A stretch of 61,281 nt of DNA, counting the filler, from Sphacelaria rigidula (lineage: Eukaryota), in the NCBI GenBank assembly GCA_964200075.2. It is 9 parts of 9 records of this genome, joined end to end, with 100 filler letters (N's around TTAATTAATTAA, not from the genome) between each part and the next. Parts side by side here need not be neighbours in the genome. Positions count along the whole stretch, not along the records: positions 47,742 to 54,461 come from CAXNAA020018433.1; positions 54,562 to 61,281 come from CAXNAA020018434.1; 7 more parts are not named here. The stretch is one strand, 5' to 3'. The translations under genes and the position numbers were made by a program. How positions within the stretch are numbered: the first letter of the stretch is position 1; the number at the start of each line of letters is the position of its first letter. The notes beneath the pieces were generated by a model. That model was not told the DNA's origin and did no database searches. It was given only the letters and a program-made list of their open reading frames with translations. Shown piece after piece: positions 49,701 through 61,281 of the stretch.

Positions 49701-51374
49701 AATGTTTTGGTACAGACTAGATGAACGGACAAAAATGCACCCATGTACCTTGGCCGTACCCATGAAATGCTGCTGGGCACCTGCTGGCCAAGGCTTTCGG
49801 CGTTGCGCCTATCATACTATGTTCAGCAAGCGTCAGATTAAGTGGCGTCTTCCATCAGTTTCACGCATATATACCACACGGGAGGGGGTGCCGTTGTAAT
49901 GCGTGAGAGGACCGCGTGCATCGGTGGTCGAACATCCCCAGGGTTAGGGTTAGGGTTAGGATTAGAGTTCAAGTTAGGGTCAGGGGCGTGGTCCCTGCAG
50001 GGACTGGCCTCGCTGGTTTTGGAGAACGTCGACCCTGAGGTGTTTCGAACAACCATGCGGTCCTCTGAGCACGCGATCCTCTCACGCATTACACCGTCTC
50101 AATGATACAACGTACCCTCCAATCCATGTGTGTAAGGATACATCGTGCAGTTCAACCGAACAATTTCAGCTGCGCGAGAGTATTTGATTGAGTGTATCTG
50201 GAATATGCCTTCACATGCATGTCGAAGCTACGTGGCCTAATATTGCGCAGAAGTAAGGCAACATAGACTGTTACTCGGCTGTTGGGACGCGATACGGTAG
50301 CGGTTCAAATCCAACTTCAAACAGTATGCTGGCAGAAACACCTTTAGCACGGTAGGTGTCCGGTTCTTCCAAGCGCTTCTCCTTCTCACAGGACATGAAC
50401 ACGTACGTTGTAAATGTGAGACAATGTTGATCAACACTGTGATGCGTGAGAGGACCGCGTGCTTAGAGGACCGCGCCGTAGTTCAAAACACCTCAGGATT
50501 GAAGTTTTTCAAAACCACTCGGGTCAGTCCCAGGAGGTACCACGCCCCTGACCATAACCCTAACGCTAATCCTAACCCTAACCCTAGCCAAAACGTAGCG
50601 ATGTTCAAATTCAGATGCGGTCCTCTAAGCCCGCAGTCCTCTCACGCATTACAGTCGGACCCACTAGAACGCCCTGTCAACTTTGCACAGTGCACGCGCT
50701 GCCATGCTCTCAAGAGCTTCGGTGGCCCTTTGTGCAATGCCGGCGTCACATTTTGTACTTTTCATCTGCAACCTTTTGTGTTCATCACTTCGAACTTTTA
50801 TTGTCCAGAGGGTTAGCCGCTGTCAATCTCCCCGGTCTTCCCCCCCTCCTCCATGTCTGCACTTCCTTGTGGGCATCCTGGCGGCGCATGCGAACCCTTT
50901 TGCGTGTTTGTAATGCGTGAGAGGACCGCGTGCTTAGAGGACCGCATCGGGTTAGATTCCCTCCTTCCTTCAAGGAGAAAAACCAAAGAGGCCACCGGAT
51001 ATCGGTTGCGCTCCTATATATACATATATATTATGCGGGGGCAGGGAGACAGTTTCAATTACGGGCCCGTTGGTATATTCATGGTGCAAAAGGTGATGTG
51101 GTCGTGATGATGATTTCAATGGCAAGGGGCTAATGATGCCCTTCGCGACTAGAGCGTCTGTCATTTCACACCGGATACGCGTGGGGACCTCGCTGGTGGC
51201 AGCAAACATCCCACGCAAAAAACGTTTGTTCCGGCAACATCTTCGAACCAAGTGAAAATATTTTCAACAAGAGGTCGAAATACAACCCCCCGCTTGTCGC
51301 ACGCCATCGCGGCCAAACGAACTCGTCGGACGATGACCGAGTTACTCGCTTGATTTGGACAGTGAAATACGCAC

Positions 51375-51479
51375 GTGCTTCCCTCCGGCCCAGATCTCTA
51401 GGTTCTTCTTCGGGATCCTGATTTCGTCGGTCTCTCGTGTGAGGTCAAAATACGATAGCCGAGGCGTCCAGCCCGCTCT
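51375..51479 (-). CDS. Possible orphan exon, protein unidentified
   Basis: TATAG| ... CAC|GTGCGT, 35 open codons RAGWTPRLSYFDLTRETDEIRIPKKNLEIWAGGKH. The acceptor lacks a clear pyrimidine tract. Confidence 0.35.
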
Positions 51480-53211
51480 CTATAAGAGTTCCATTTCATT
51501 TCGCCAGTCATGTCGGTTTGTGCTATCTTTGAAGTCCTGTTAATGCGCTCTCGGTGAGTGTCGTGCCTCACCGTGGCATTGTTTGCGGCGGAACTAACTG
51601 TTGAGCAGAAATAGTTGTCGACGTATGGCCTCCTCAGGGGAGCCGACACCATCGTCTTCTCGTGCATCGGTAACCGATAGGTGCTCTCTCAAAAGGACTC
51701 CACCAGGACCACAACAATCGTTTGGGTATACATGTATCTGCTTACTGCCAGCTTATTCCTTCCCCGTGAGGGGCCTAGCTCGATACGACACAAGCATCAA
51801 AAGATAGAGGGTACACTATTCTGCTGGCAGACAGGAGAGACGCTACGATTTGTTACGTATCTTTTTGTTTCCTGCCAAGACCTGGAGTTTACGCTCACTC
51901 ACCGGACTTTGTGCTGCAAGTGCCGACCGAAGCACCAAGCAGAATGTGAGAAGGCATCCGGATGCTGCTGCCCCTTCAGTTCGAAGATATGATCTTTCGG
52001 CGGAGGGAAATAAATGAAACATAAGGTGAGGTGAAGGCAGAGGCGGTGTAATGCGTGAGAGGACCGCGTGCTTAAAAGACCACGCCGTGATTCGCCGTAG
52101 ATCAAAACACCTCAGGATCGACGTTTTTCAAAACCAATCGGGCCAGTCCCTGCCGGTACCACGCCCCGTAACCCTTACCCTACTACTAATTCTAACCCCA
52201 ACCCTAACCATGAGGATGCTCAAATGCCGATGCGGTCCTTTAAGCACGCGATCCTCTCACGCAGTATAGACGGGTAGACTGGCGTGGCGAATAGAACCGC
52301 TTCGAATATGGTCTGCTGCCAGTCGGGACGCAGCTGTAACATATTGTGCGCATCCCGCAGAAGCAACCCCACTGTGTTTAACGTCAAATGAACGCAATCC
52401 GAGCATTGTCTCCAAAGTCCACCGTAGATTTTGTTTTGTATGCCCATCAGAGGGGTATGAAGCATGAAGTACAGCTGAATGCTTGAATTCCCCGGTCTTC
52501 CTGACTCTTCGCCAGGCGTCAGAGCAAAAAACAGTCAACGGCACACGCGGCATCATTGCAGATTATTTGACAAGCAAGGCAGAATTTGCACTCGTACGTT
52601 CGTCTCACTAATTCCCAATATGCGCAGCATGCAGCCACCGTTCTCGGCTGCATACTGCATTAACGCAGGCTTGAACGTATTTCGTGAAGGTCCGCCTTGC
52701 TCAAGAATTGATACCATTTACCATTTTCCCGCCGCAATAAACGCAACAAAACAAATTTGCAACACGAGGCACAACGCTGTGACAGGCCGCTGGGGAACGT
52801 TTCCCCCGGCTTGTTCATTTCGCCGCAGTTTAATATTATGGACAGAATTGTTTCTTCACCGTGAGCCGAAGATAAATTCCCTATCGCCTGTTCCCTCATC
52901 GCCTTGTAGGTGATACTCCTTTGTTTGGTATGTTGTTCTTACAAGAAAGAAATGTAAAAAATACTTTTGACAACAATCTTTTTAAATTTGGGAGTCTTTC
53001 GCCCGAAGGCCATGCAAAACATTACGAGGGTGTTGTTCCGGCCTTTTCCGTCTGGAATAATATACGTTATTCCCCCTCTAGAATAGATGAAGATGAATGC
53101 ACACTATACCATACTGTGCTTCGTGTACACCTACGTCGTAGGTGTTCAGTTGTCTCTTTGCCATGTACCAAAGAAATGACAACGGAAGAGATATCAACAC
53201 GGGATCTTAGA

Positions 53212-53631
53212 AATAGGGGATGGGTATTTTGTTGGGGATGAGAAGCCCGGAGGATTAAAGTCTCCGTATGCACTCCAAATCTTCGAAATATGGTTTCATT
53301 TCTTTACCTACCGATAAATATTAACAATTGCTACACGCCATATATGTTTGGATTTCGATCAGCGAAAATTTGGGCTCCTAGGTGAAAAGCCACTTTTGGG
53401 GAATTCCGGGTATCCGAACGGACGCCAAAATGGTTCCGAAATGTTGTTTTTACTAATTATAGGACCTCAATATTTCGGTGATCGAAATCCAAATTACTAT
53501 GGGGTGTTGTAGCAGTTGTCAAAAGCTATCAGTAGGTGAAGAAATGGAACTATATTCCGAAGATTTGGTCTGGATACGAAGATTTTAATTCTCCGGGATT
53601 CTCATCCCCAATGAATGATCCATCCCCAATT
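53212..53631. mobile_element. Foldback MITE, same family as 15381-15826
   Basis: TTGGGGATGAGAAGCCCGGAG...TTTGGATTTCGATCA mirrored by TGATCGAAATCCAAA...CTCCGGGATTCTCATCCCCAA. Confidence 0.8.
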
Positions 53632-54700
53632 TGTAAGATCCCGTGTTTATCGTTATCCTTCTCATTCGTTCGAACAAATTCCATCTTTCCTACTGTGAGG
53701 GGGGCACTGTCACGTTCAGACGGACTAACGGATAGAGGTAAACAAACTAGGCTCGCAATATGCACAAATATGTGCCCAAACGATGACATCAAAGGCGAGA
53801 ACCCCGCCCTTCCGGAGTGAAACGGGAGAAGCGCCTTTCGGAAGCTGGCGTCGGAGATAAAGATACCCCTCGATGAGGCCGCCGCCGCCGCTGTTGCCTG
53901 GAGGTTCCGTCTGTCGCAAGCATCCGACTTTGAATATGTGCTAGAATTGCACTTTGGTGGAGTAATAGTACAACATTTGAGATGACACCGAAAAATTCCA
54001 TGTCGAATTTAGACTAGAGTTGAGCAGGTAGGTGAGGGACAGGTTTTGTTGACAATCTGTAATGCGTGAGAGGACCGCCTGCTTAGAGGACCGCGCCGTT
54101 GTTAAAAATACCTCAGGATCAACATTTTTCGAAACCAGTCGGGCCAGTCCCTGCAGGTACCATGCCCCTGACCCCAACACTGACCCTAACCCTAACCCTA
54201 ACCCTAACCATAGGGATGTTCGAATTCTGATGCGGTCCTCTAAGCACGCGGTCCTCTCACGCATTTCACAATCTAGACGACGCAGTCTATATCCATTGCG
54301 TTTGAATGAAGCGCCGCTACACAGAAAAGTGGTGTAATGCGTGAGAGGACCGCGTGCTTAGAGGACCGCACCCGAATTTGAACATCCCCATGGAGTCATC
54401 CTACGATAGGGGGGGGGGGGGGCGGACCAATTGGTTGCTTGCCTTAGTGTTTTGACCTTTGNNNNNNNNNNNNNNNNNNNNNNNNNNNNNNNNNNNNNNN
54501 NNNNNTTAATTAATTAANNNNNNNNNNNNNNNNNNNNNNNNNNNNNNNNNNNNNNNNNNNNAAGGGATGCGTGGTCAATGGTCAAATGACTAAGGCAAGC
54601 AACAAATGAGTACGCCCCCCCTCTCCCACGACCTTTTCAATGGACCTGGTGACCATAAAACATGACCGACCAGCGTTATTTCAAAATTGGGCTAGATTTT

Positions 54701-54795
54701 GACGGGAGAACCAACCCTTTCACGGGAGAAACAACCCCTTCACGGGAGAAACAACCCCTTCACGGGAGAAACAACCCCTTCGCGGGAGAAACAAC
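54701..54795 (+). repeat. 20-bp minisatellite
   Basis: CACGGGAGAAACAACCCCTT, about 4.75 units. Confidence 0.9.
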
Positions 54796-56680
54796 GACAT
54801 ATCCCTCGAGAAGAATGGTTGCTTTGTTTGAAGAATAGGTACGTCCCATCAGATAATATACACTCCGGAGTTTATATATTAGAGCTCGGAAATGGTACCA
54901 GTTATAACTGGCCATCATCATATATTGGTAATAGTGGTAATGGTTATATAACATTTTTGGACAATGGTTTCAAACCATTATTCACCGTCACCGGTTTAAT
55001 AAGCCATTACTGGCTGCGTATGCTACATACAGCCCTTGAAAATTGACCCAAATTTGACGGAAAGTTTAGCTCTCGTGAAGCCAAATCGCGTGAAAATGTG
55101 CCTGCGGCACGGCGCCTCCAGCGGGGCCTCCTCTGCCGGGGGTGGGGAAGTTTGGCTCGCGGCTGCGCCGCGAGATGACCAAACCAGTATGTACCATTCA
55201 ACTGGTTAATGGTTAGACAAACCACTTCCGAGCTTTAATATATACTCCAGAGTACAGAAGAAAAAAACATGTTCCCCCCATCAAAGCCGTCGCACGCCGA
55301 AGTACCTTGCAACCCCTTCTGAAGCCAACCAACGAGGGTTCGCGAAGAGTACGCTATTTTGCCAACTTGCCTTTATCTTTTGCAGCCCGCCATGTGTGTC
55401 GTATTTCACAACCTTTGATGGCTGTCTTCTACATACAGTGTAGTACTCACGGCACAGTCAGTGGCCCCTACGTGGAAGTACAAGGCATGCGGCTGGCTGC
55501 TCTCAAACATGATGGTGATGCCCCCAAGAACACGCGGGCAGGGACAGGTAAGGACACATTTATCTACCTACACCAAGAGTTTGTTTGCATGCACAGCAGC
55601 TATCGGCATTCATGTGCGGTGCCGAACCCTCCACGTGCTTTCGAGAAGTTGCCAAAAACACTATCGTCGACAACATGTACTACCGAGGACGCAAGCTCAA
55701 AAGAGTCGCGCGGCGCGTGCACTGCGCCAAGTTGACCGCGGGTTTTAGTGGGTCGAACTCCTACACTGCCTGAAGCGAAGCATTCCGAACGCTCGAGGCG
55801 CCTATCCCACATGACTGCCGCGGGGAGGTCTAGCCGAACCTTCGGGTAATCGTTACACGAACCCGTTTCGGGGTAAGTGTTGGGTGAGGTTTTCTCCTTC
55901 CTTCAAGGAAAAGTGTTTGAAAGCACGGCACGCGTATTGAAATCTCCCGCATGGTATAGCCGGAGGACACAGGGTGTAGTAATGCTTTGCTGCTGCTGCT
56001 GCTGCGCGGATGCTTGTGAAGCACAAGGACGCTACCTACGACAGAGCAGCATTTTTAGGACTAGATGCAAGGGGTGGTAATCGGTGGCAACTATCAGCTA
56101 CGTCAATCATCGTGTGCAAGACATTTTCCCAACAAGAGGATGTTGGTTGCTTGTTGTTCATGTAACCCGAGATATATTCCCAAAACGGCGGAAAATCTGA
56201 ATACTTGATGTTTTCAGTGTCGAAATATAACTTATTTTCTAGCGTCAAAATTTTAGCTGTTTCTAGTGCCAAAATATAAGCTTTTTTTCAGTGTCAAGAA
56301 GCATTTTGTTTTTTTCAGTGTCAAAACGGCGGAGAATCTGAATATTTGGTTGCTTCCTAGTGTGGGCTCCTGACCCCGGAATAAAGGCGGGCTCAGCGCT
56401 TCACTTATTCCAAGCAAGTGCCTGAAAAACCTACACCCCTCGCCTGACACCACTGCCGAGTTTTATGACACTGTACAATCGGTAGCCAGTCGTGTATTTG
56501 TCGTGTATTGGTCATTTTTCAGGTGAACCTGCACAGTGCACACTTTCAGCATGAATCAAATATCGTCTCAAGATGGAGGTAACCTGATGACGAGATCATC
56601 ACCATCATCATTATCACCATCATCACCCATCACCACCGAAGAACGAGGTTGCACTCTCTAGGCCTCCCCGCCCATCTCAC

Positions 56681-56758
56681 CCGTTTCGTGTCCAACCTGC
56701 CGTTCTTCTTAAGCTCTTCCATGTTCATACCGTGCCCATCTACGCGATCGTACACCAC
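56681..56758 (-). CDS. Orphan internal exon, protein unidentified
   Basis: Pyrimidine-rich acceptor ...CGCTTTTCCCAG| and donor CGG|GTGAGA. 26 codons VVYDRVDGHGMNMEELKKNGRLDTKR. Confidence 0.55.
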
Positions 56759-57999
56759 CTGGGAAAAGCGCACAATGCAAACGACAGAAGAAGCAGAAGC
56801 TACTATTGTCGCACTGTTACCCTCATCACAACGCTCGCGTGGGAAGGCCGTCTTCACCACAGATGGTGACAAACAGCACGGATTGTACTCAGTGAAAAGA
56901 GTGCTCTAGTCGGAGGGAACGAAGAGCGCGAACTAAGAGCACGGATTATACTGCGATTCAAGGAAGGTGAGCTCAGCCCGACGCGATTCAGCCGTGGAGG
57001 AAGATTTTTTGTGTGTGCGATTCGCTTTCCAGGTGTCCCTTCAGAGTGTCACGTGGAACGGAGTTTCAGATAATGGGACAGACACCGCGACAACAGTTGT
57101 CCGACTGCGTGAACCAAACACGGAAATATTGGCTGCAACGGTGAACGAGAGTGTCGTGCGATATGACTCTGCGAACTGTAGGTGGCGGGTATGGTATATT
57201 CTCCATCACGTTGAGCAACCCCCCTCAGCCCCCGCCCCACCCTGTGGTGTACAGACGCGCAGGTCCGTCCTTGTCGTGGCGTAGCCTCTCAAGCCGGATT
57301 TCCAAAGCGTGCCGGCAACTATTTCACGTCCTACATCGTGCCGGCATTACGGTATGGTATGCGTATCTATATCTCTCTCTATATATATACAGTTACATCC
57401 ATTTATTTTTCGTCACACCTCCCAACCCCTCTTCTTCCTCGGGACGAGTCCGCGGTTCTAAGCGAACAGCTCATCTCTCTCTCTCCCCCGGTACCCGCCT
57501 TACCTTGCATATTTTGCCTAGCGGGTTTGGGTCAGCACTCCACCACCGCGTCGACTCTAGTCGAAAAACCTGCTGCTGCTACGCACGCCATCGCGTTTTC
57601 AACGACGGAAATCCAATAGTTCCCGGCAAACAAAAACAAATGCATGTCACGGGACCCGAAACCTCTGTTTTCTACGGCGACTGGTTTCAGCCGTACCAGT
57701 TGGACCATCGGGGTGCGACGGCATGTAAATATGTCTACCTATATGTTTGGGTTTTATCAAAGCACACCTTGTGTCTTCCAAACTGAAGCGTGACACCGTA
57801 CACGACAGACCATCTACAAGTACTACGCTTACACTCACCTCTGGCGGGAGATGACTAACCCAAGATGACATTATGTCCAACACTGCACCACCCGCTGGGA
57901 TACGCTCGCTGTCAGGGTGCGCGAATGGGCGACGGAGTGGGTGGATGGGAAAAGTGTTAATTTGGCTCCGCAGAGCTGTCCCGAGCCAAAGTAACACGC

Positions 58000-58441
58000 T
58001 AGCTAGCGCTCATTCGATTGTGTCGGTACTAAAGCAAGCGCTCAAGTGATCGATATGGGGAAGATAGGTCGGAAAGGAAGTGAGTCTCATATGCGTTTGA
58101 CAGAGATGGTCCGAACGCTTCAAGATTGCATCGTATCCTTTGATGAAGGGAAGAGGCGAGAGGAGAGAGCGGGGAGAGCAGCAAAGTCGTGAGTCGGCGA
58201 AAGTAGCTCGAGTTGGGGGGGGAAGTGCCGCTGAGCGGCTGAGACACTGCGAATCAGCGGCAACCCCCTTTGGAACCGTCCGGGATGAATCGACGCGGTT
58301 TGCTGCGAGCGATAGAGCGGGGATACACTCATGTAGTCATGATCTTGTATCCCGTAGTCAGAAGACCATTGACCTCGCACCCTTACACAGCCGGGATGGA
58401 GCACGCCGGGTTTTCGCCGGACCATGCGAGCGATAGGGGGG

Positions 58442-58485
<44 letters not shown>

Positions 58486-59541
58486 AGTGCTGGAGTCGAT
58501 GTTCGATCGAGGATCGGCCGCGTTCCAACTGAAGGCGGGGTTGAAGACTTGCTCGCGAATACAACAGGTAAATCTACCCCCGTGGTGTGTAAGCCAGAAA
58601 GTGTTTGGTGTTGGTGGTCGAGGTTTTTATGTTATTTCTCGTGCACTATTTTTTAATTTCCTCTTTGAAGGAAGGAGGAAACCTGACTAAACACTAACCG
58701 CACAAGCGGGCTCATTAGCCGATTACCCCCGAGGCTCGACTCGACTGCCTCGCGGCAGCCATGTGGGGTAGGCGCTGTAGGTTGTGCGTCAGCTGATAAA
58801 GCAGACACGATCCAGGTTTGGACGCCCGCGACTCGTACATCGTGGGCGTTTACCCACGTCACCCACGCCGGTATCAGCCCGCAGTGCACAAGTAGCGGGC
58901 ATCGAAGTCCAGGCCGTGTCTGCTTCATCAGCTACCGCACAACGTACAATACTCGAGAATTCACAACAAAACCTCGACCAACACCAAACACTTTCTGGCT
59001 TACACCACGAGGGGGAGTACTCGCCCAATGTACTCAATGCAAGTCTTCCACCTCGCCTCCAGTTGAAACGCGGCCTATCCTCGATCAAACGTCGACTCCA
59101 GTACCCCCCACCCTATCGCACGCCATAAACCACGCTGGTCAATCCCGAACGATCCGAAGGGATTGCTGCTGAGTAGAACCAAGGTAGGGTGTTTGATGGA
59201 ACGGGTTCTTCCCACAAAAAAGAAGCTAGCCCAGAAAATGATTCCCCCGCCACATAGCCCGTTGCCTTCGGTCACAGGGGGTTACTGCTGGTTCGAAGCC
59301 ATTCGGCCTCTCAGCAGGACTCGTCTCCACAATTCGAGATACTTCCGCCGACTCACGACTTTGCTGTTTTCCTCGTTCTCCCCTCTTGCCTCCTCTCTTG
59401 ACTTGAAGACACGACCCTATCTTGAAGCGCTCTGACCATCTGAGTCAAACGCACATGAATTTCACCTTCCTGAACTTGACCTCTCAGAGCAGTGCAGGTC
59501 AGCGCTTGCAATGGTACCAACTCAATCGGATAAGCGCTAGC
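58000..59541. repeat. Diverged inverted duplication of about 1.55 kb (arms about 58000-58650 and 58950-59541)
   Basis: GTAAGCCAGAAAGTGTTTGGTGTTGGT vs ACCAACACCAAACACTTTCTGGCTTAC; CAGCAAAGTCGTGAGTCGGCG vs CGCCGACTCACGACTTTGCTG; GCTAGCGCT vs AGCGCTAGC. Confidence 0.85.
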
Positions 59542-61281
59542 TTTTATAGCGAGTTCAATTGCCTCGGTAGAGTACCATGTACAGGTGTCGCGCAGCGTAG
59601 TACAGACAAGGCAAAGTGTTTCGTCACACAAGGTATATCGCTGAGCGCACCCGCACCTCATGAGGGCCGTCGTTTCATCACAAGGGAAAGAACAGAAAGT
59701 CGAAGGAGACAGCTAGAGTAGATCAGTAGGGAGGGCTTGGGCATGCGTAGTTGCCTCGTTCCGGTATACAGGGTCTAATCCTTCAAGCTGTGAACAGGTA
59801 CTTACACCCGTACTCTCAAAAGAAGCTTCTCGGAAGAAAAATGATCCCCCACCACATCGCCCGCTATTTTCGATCAATACCCGTATATGTGAGTGATAAC
59901 AAGCAACTTCAACAGAGAGAAGGGGAAATAATTGCTTTCCGTCGGCTCCAAGCTTCAAGAATGGAAATCATAAGGGTGTGGTATCGGTGGGATTCGACAT
60001 GTTTCATGCATGGGCAGATCTGTGCATCCAGTTTTACCTAAGTTTCTGAGATATCTTGTCGAACCCGAAATATGGAGGAAATATCGGAGGTTGTGTCTAG
60101 AGGCGCTAGGTGATGGCGTAAGCCTGATCGTATCTGGGTTATCATCCATGGGATAATGACAGACATCGTGCTTCATACTCGGAAACGTCAAACTGGCGAT
60201 ATTTACCGTGTCAAATTCTCGAAAGACCGCTTGCCAAAATAATCCAGCTGGGAACGGGAAAGAAAAGTAAACACGATGTATAATATATATATATTAATAT
60301 AGAAAACGCTTTTTTTCCTTCTTCGGCATTTCTAGTTGAAGAATTTGTAGCGAGCACGTAATAATGTGGTAGGGAACCTGGCGAATCGAAAAACATAGTC
60401 AAGATCTCTCTCAATAAAGTTTTACAGCGTCCAACAACTTGTCGGGGGGAATAATAATCGGTCTTGGGGCGGCGGAAATGGTATCGACACCGTTTTCTGT
60501 ACGAGACTGTGCAAAAAAGCTCAAGAAACACCACGGCAAGAAGAAAGGTCGGCAACGCCTTTGCAATAAAGCCCGCCCCGAAATGTCGGGGCGGTAAACG
60601 TAGCTTAATGCGGGACAGGTGGAGTAGGATTTGCCCCCGTTTTTTTTCATCAAGGTCGCTATGCCCCAGTTATGTGTCTAACGGTGCAACTAGAGCAATT
60701 AGGGTGGGGCGAACGCGAATTCGATTCCTGCTAGATTCGCTCGAGTCTTTTTCTTCAAAGTATCTGATTTCCGCCGTTGAAAATCGTGAGGGTGCACGTG
60801 AGTAGCAAGCATAGCTTGTTCGATTGAGTACGTTTGGCGAGATTTAACGCGGTGCGGGAGTGCCGATACAACCCACGACTACCGGGGTACGGAGAGGTGG
60901 GTAAATTCCTTGAAACCACGCACTCGTCCAGGGGAGGGGGGCCGGTGTACTCATGATTTTGCGTGCCGCTAGGATGGGGGAGGGGGGAGTGTACTTATTT
61001 GTTGCTTGCCTTAGTCGTTTGACCATTGACCACACATCCCTTTCGAGACCGAGCACCGTTCCTACTGCTAATAAAATCATCTTCAACATCTCGGCGCTCA
61101 TGAGGTTTCTTCCCATACAATTCACAAAGACATTTCACATATCTTATCCCCTTCATGATTCGCCGTCTGTGGCCACCATATATCTCCTAGCATAGCGATC
61201 GTTTGCTCGCTACTGGGGTGGGGGGGGGGGGGGGGGGGGGGGGCTTATGGGCCGCCGGGCCAGAGGCCAAGAAGCACTAGG

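Larger units (their letters stand above)
47742..54392. mobile_element. Cluster of at least 11 full or partial MITEs of about 200-220 bp, TGT...ACA ends, internal (CCCTAA)n
   Basis: TIR TGTAATGCGTGAGAGGACCGCGTGCTTAGAGGACCGC. Full copies at 48768-48982, 49895-50093, 50438-50653, 52047-52268, 54058-54268. Partial copies at 47742, 48026, 48200, 49381, 50909, 54333. TSDs CAATC/CAATC, GCAGC/GCAGG, GGCGG/GACGG, CCGT/CCGT. Confidence 0.9.

Noticed and set aside
51375..56758. Joining the two minus-strand orphan exons into one gene
   Set aside because: They are separated by the spacer at 54462-54561 and are on unlinked contigs.
57033..57181. Possible plus-strand exon VSLQSVTWNGVSDNG...
   Set aside because: Weak donor, no recognisable domain, and a better-supported exon lies nearby on the opposite strand.

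Overview
Eukaryotic, repeat-rich DNA, most likely from a brown alga (Phaeophyceae). This is inferred from an EsV-1-7 repeat protein and short exons in long repeat-filled introns. The window is NOT one locus. Eight identical 100-bp spacers (N44-TTAATTAATTAA-N44) fall exactly every 6820 bp, so it is a concatenation of nine 6720-6721 bp contigs, and nothing should be linked across spacers. Coding content: an intronless EsV-1-7 Cys/His repeat ORF (14 units, minus strand, cut by the contig end); two exons of a class III nucleotide cyclase that lacks both metal-binding Asp but keeps the guanylate-cyclase Glu; a UBE2Q-like E2 exon; a few orphan exons; a decayed hAT transposase; and a degenerate multi-CxxC ORF. 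Most of the rest is non-autonomous transposons (hAT-like, piggyBac-like, foldback MITEs, tRNA-derived SINE heads). The most unusual signals are: a dense cluster of TGT...ACA MITEs carrying telomere-type (CCCTAA)n; a 41-bp-period motif/spacer array upstream of the CxxC ORF; decayed tandem copies of an exon end plus splice donor in the cyclase intron; a dispersed repeat with a predicted pseudoknot; and a three-unit higher-order period in the EsV-1-7 array.
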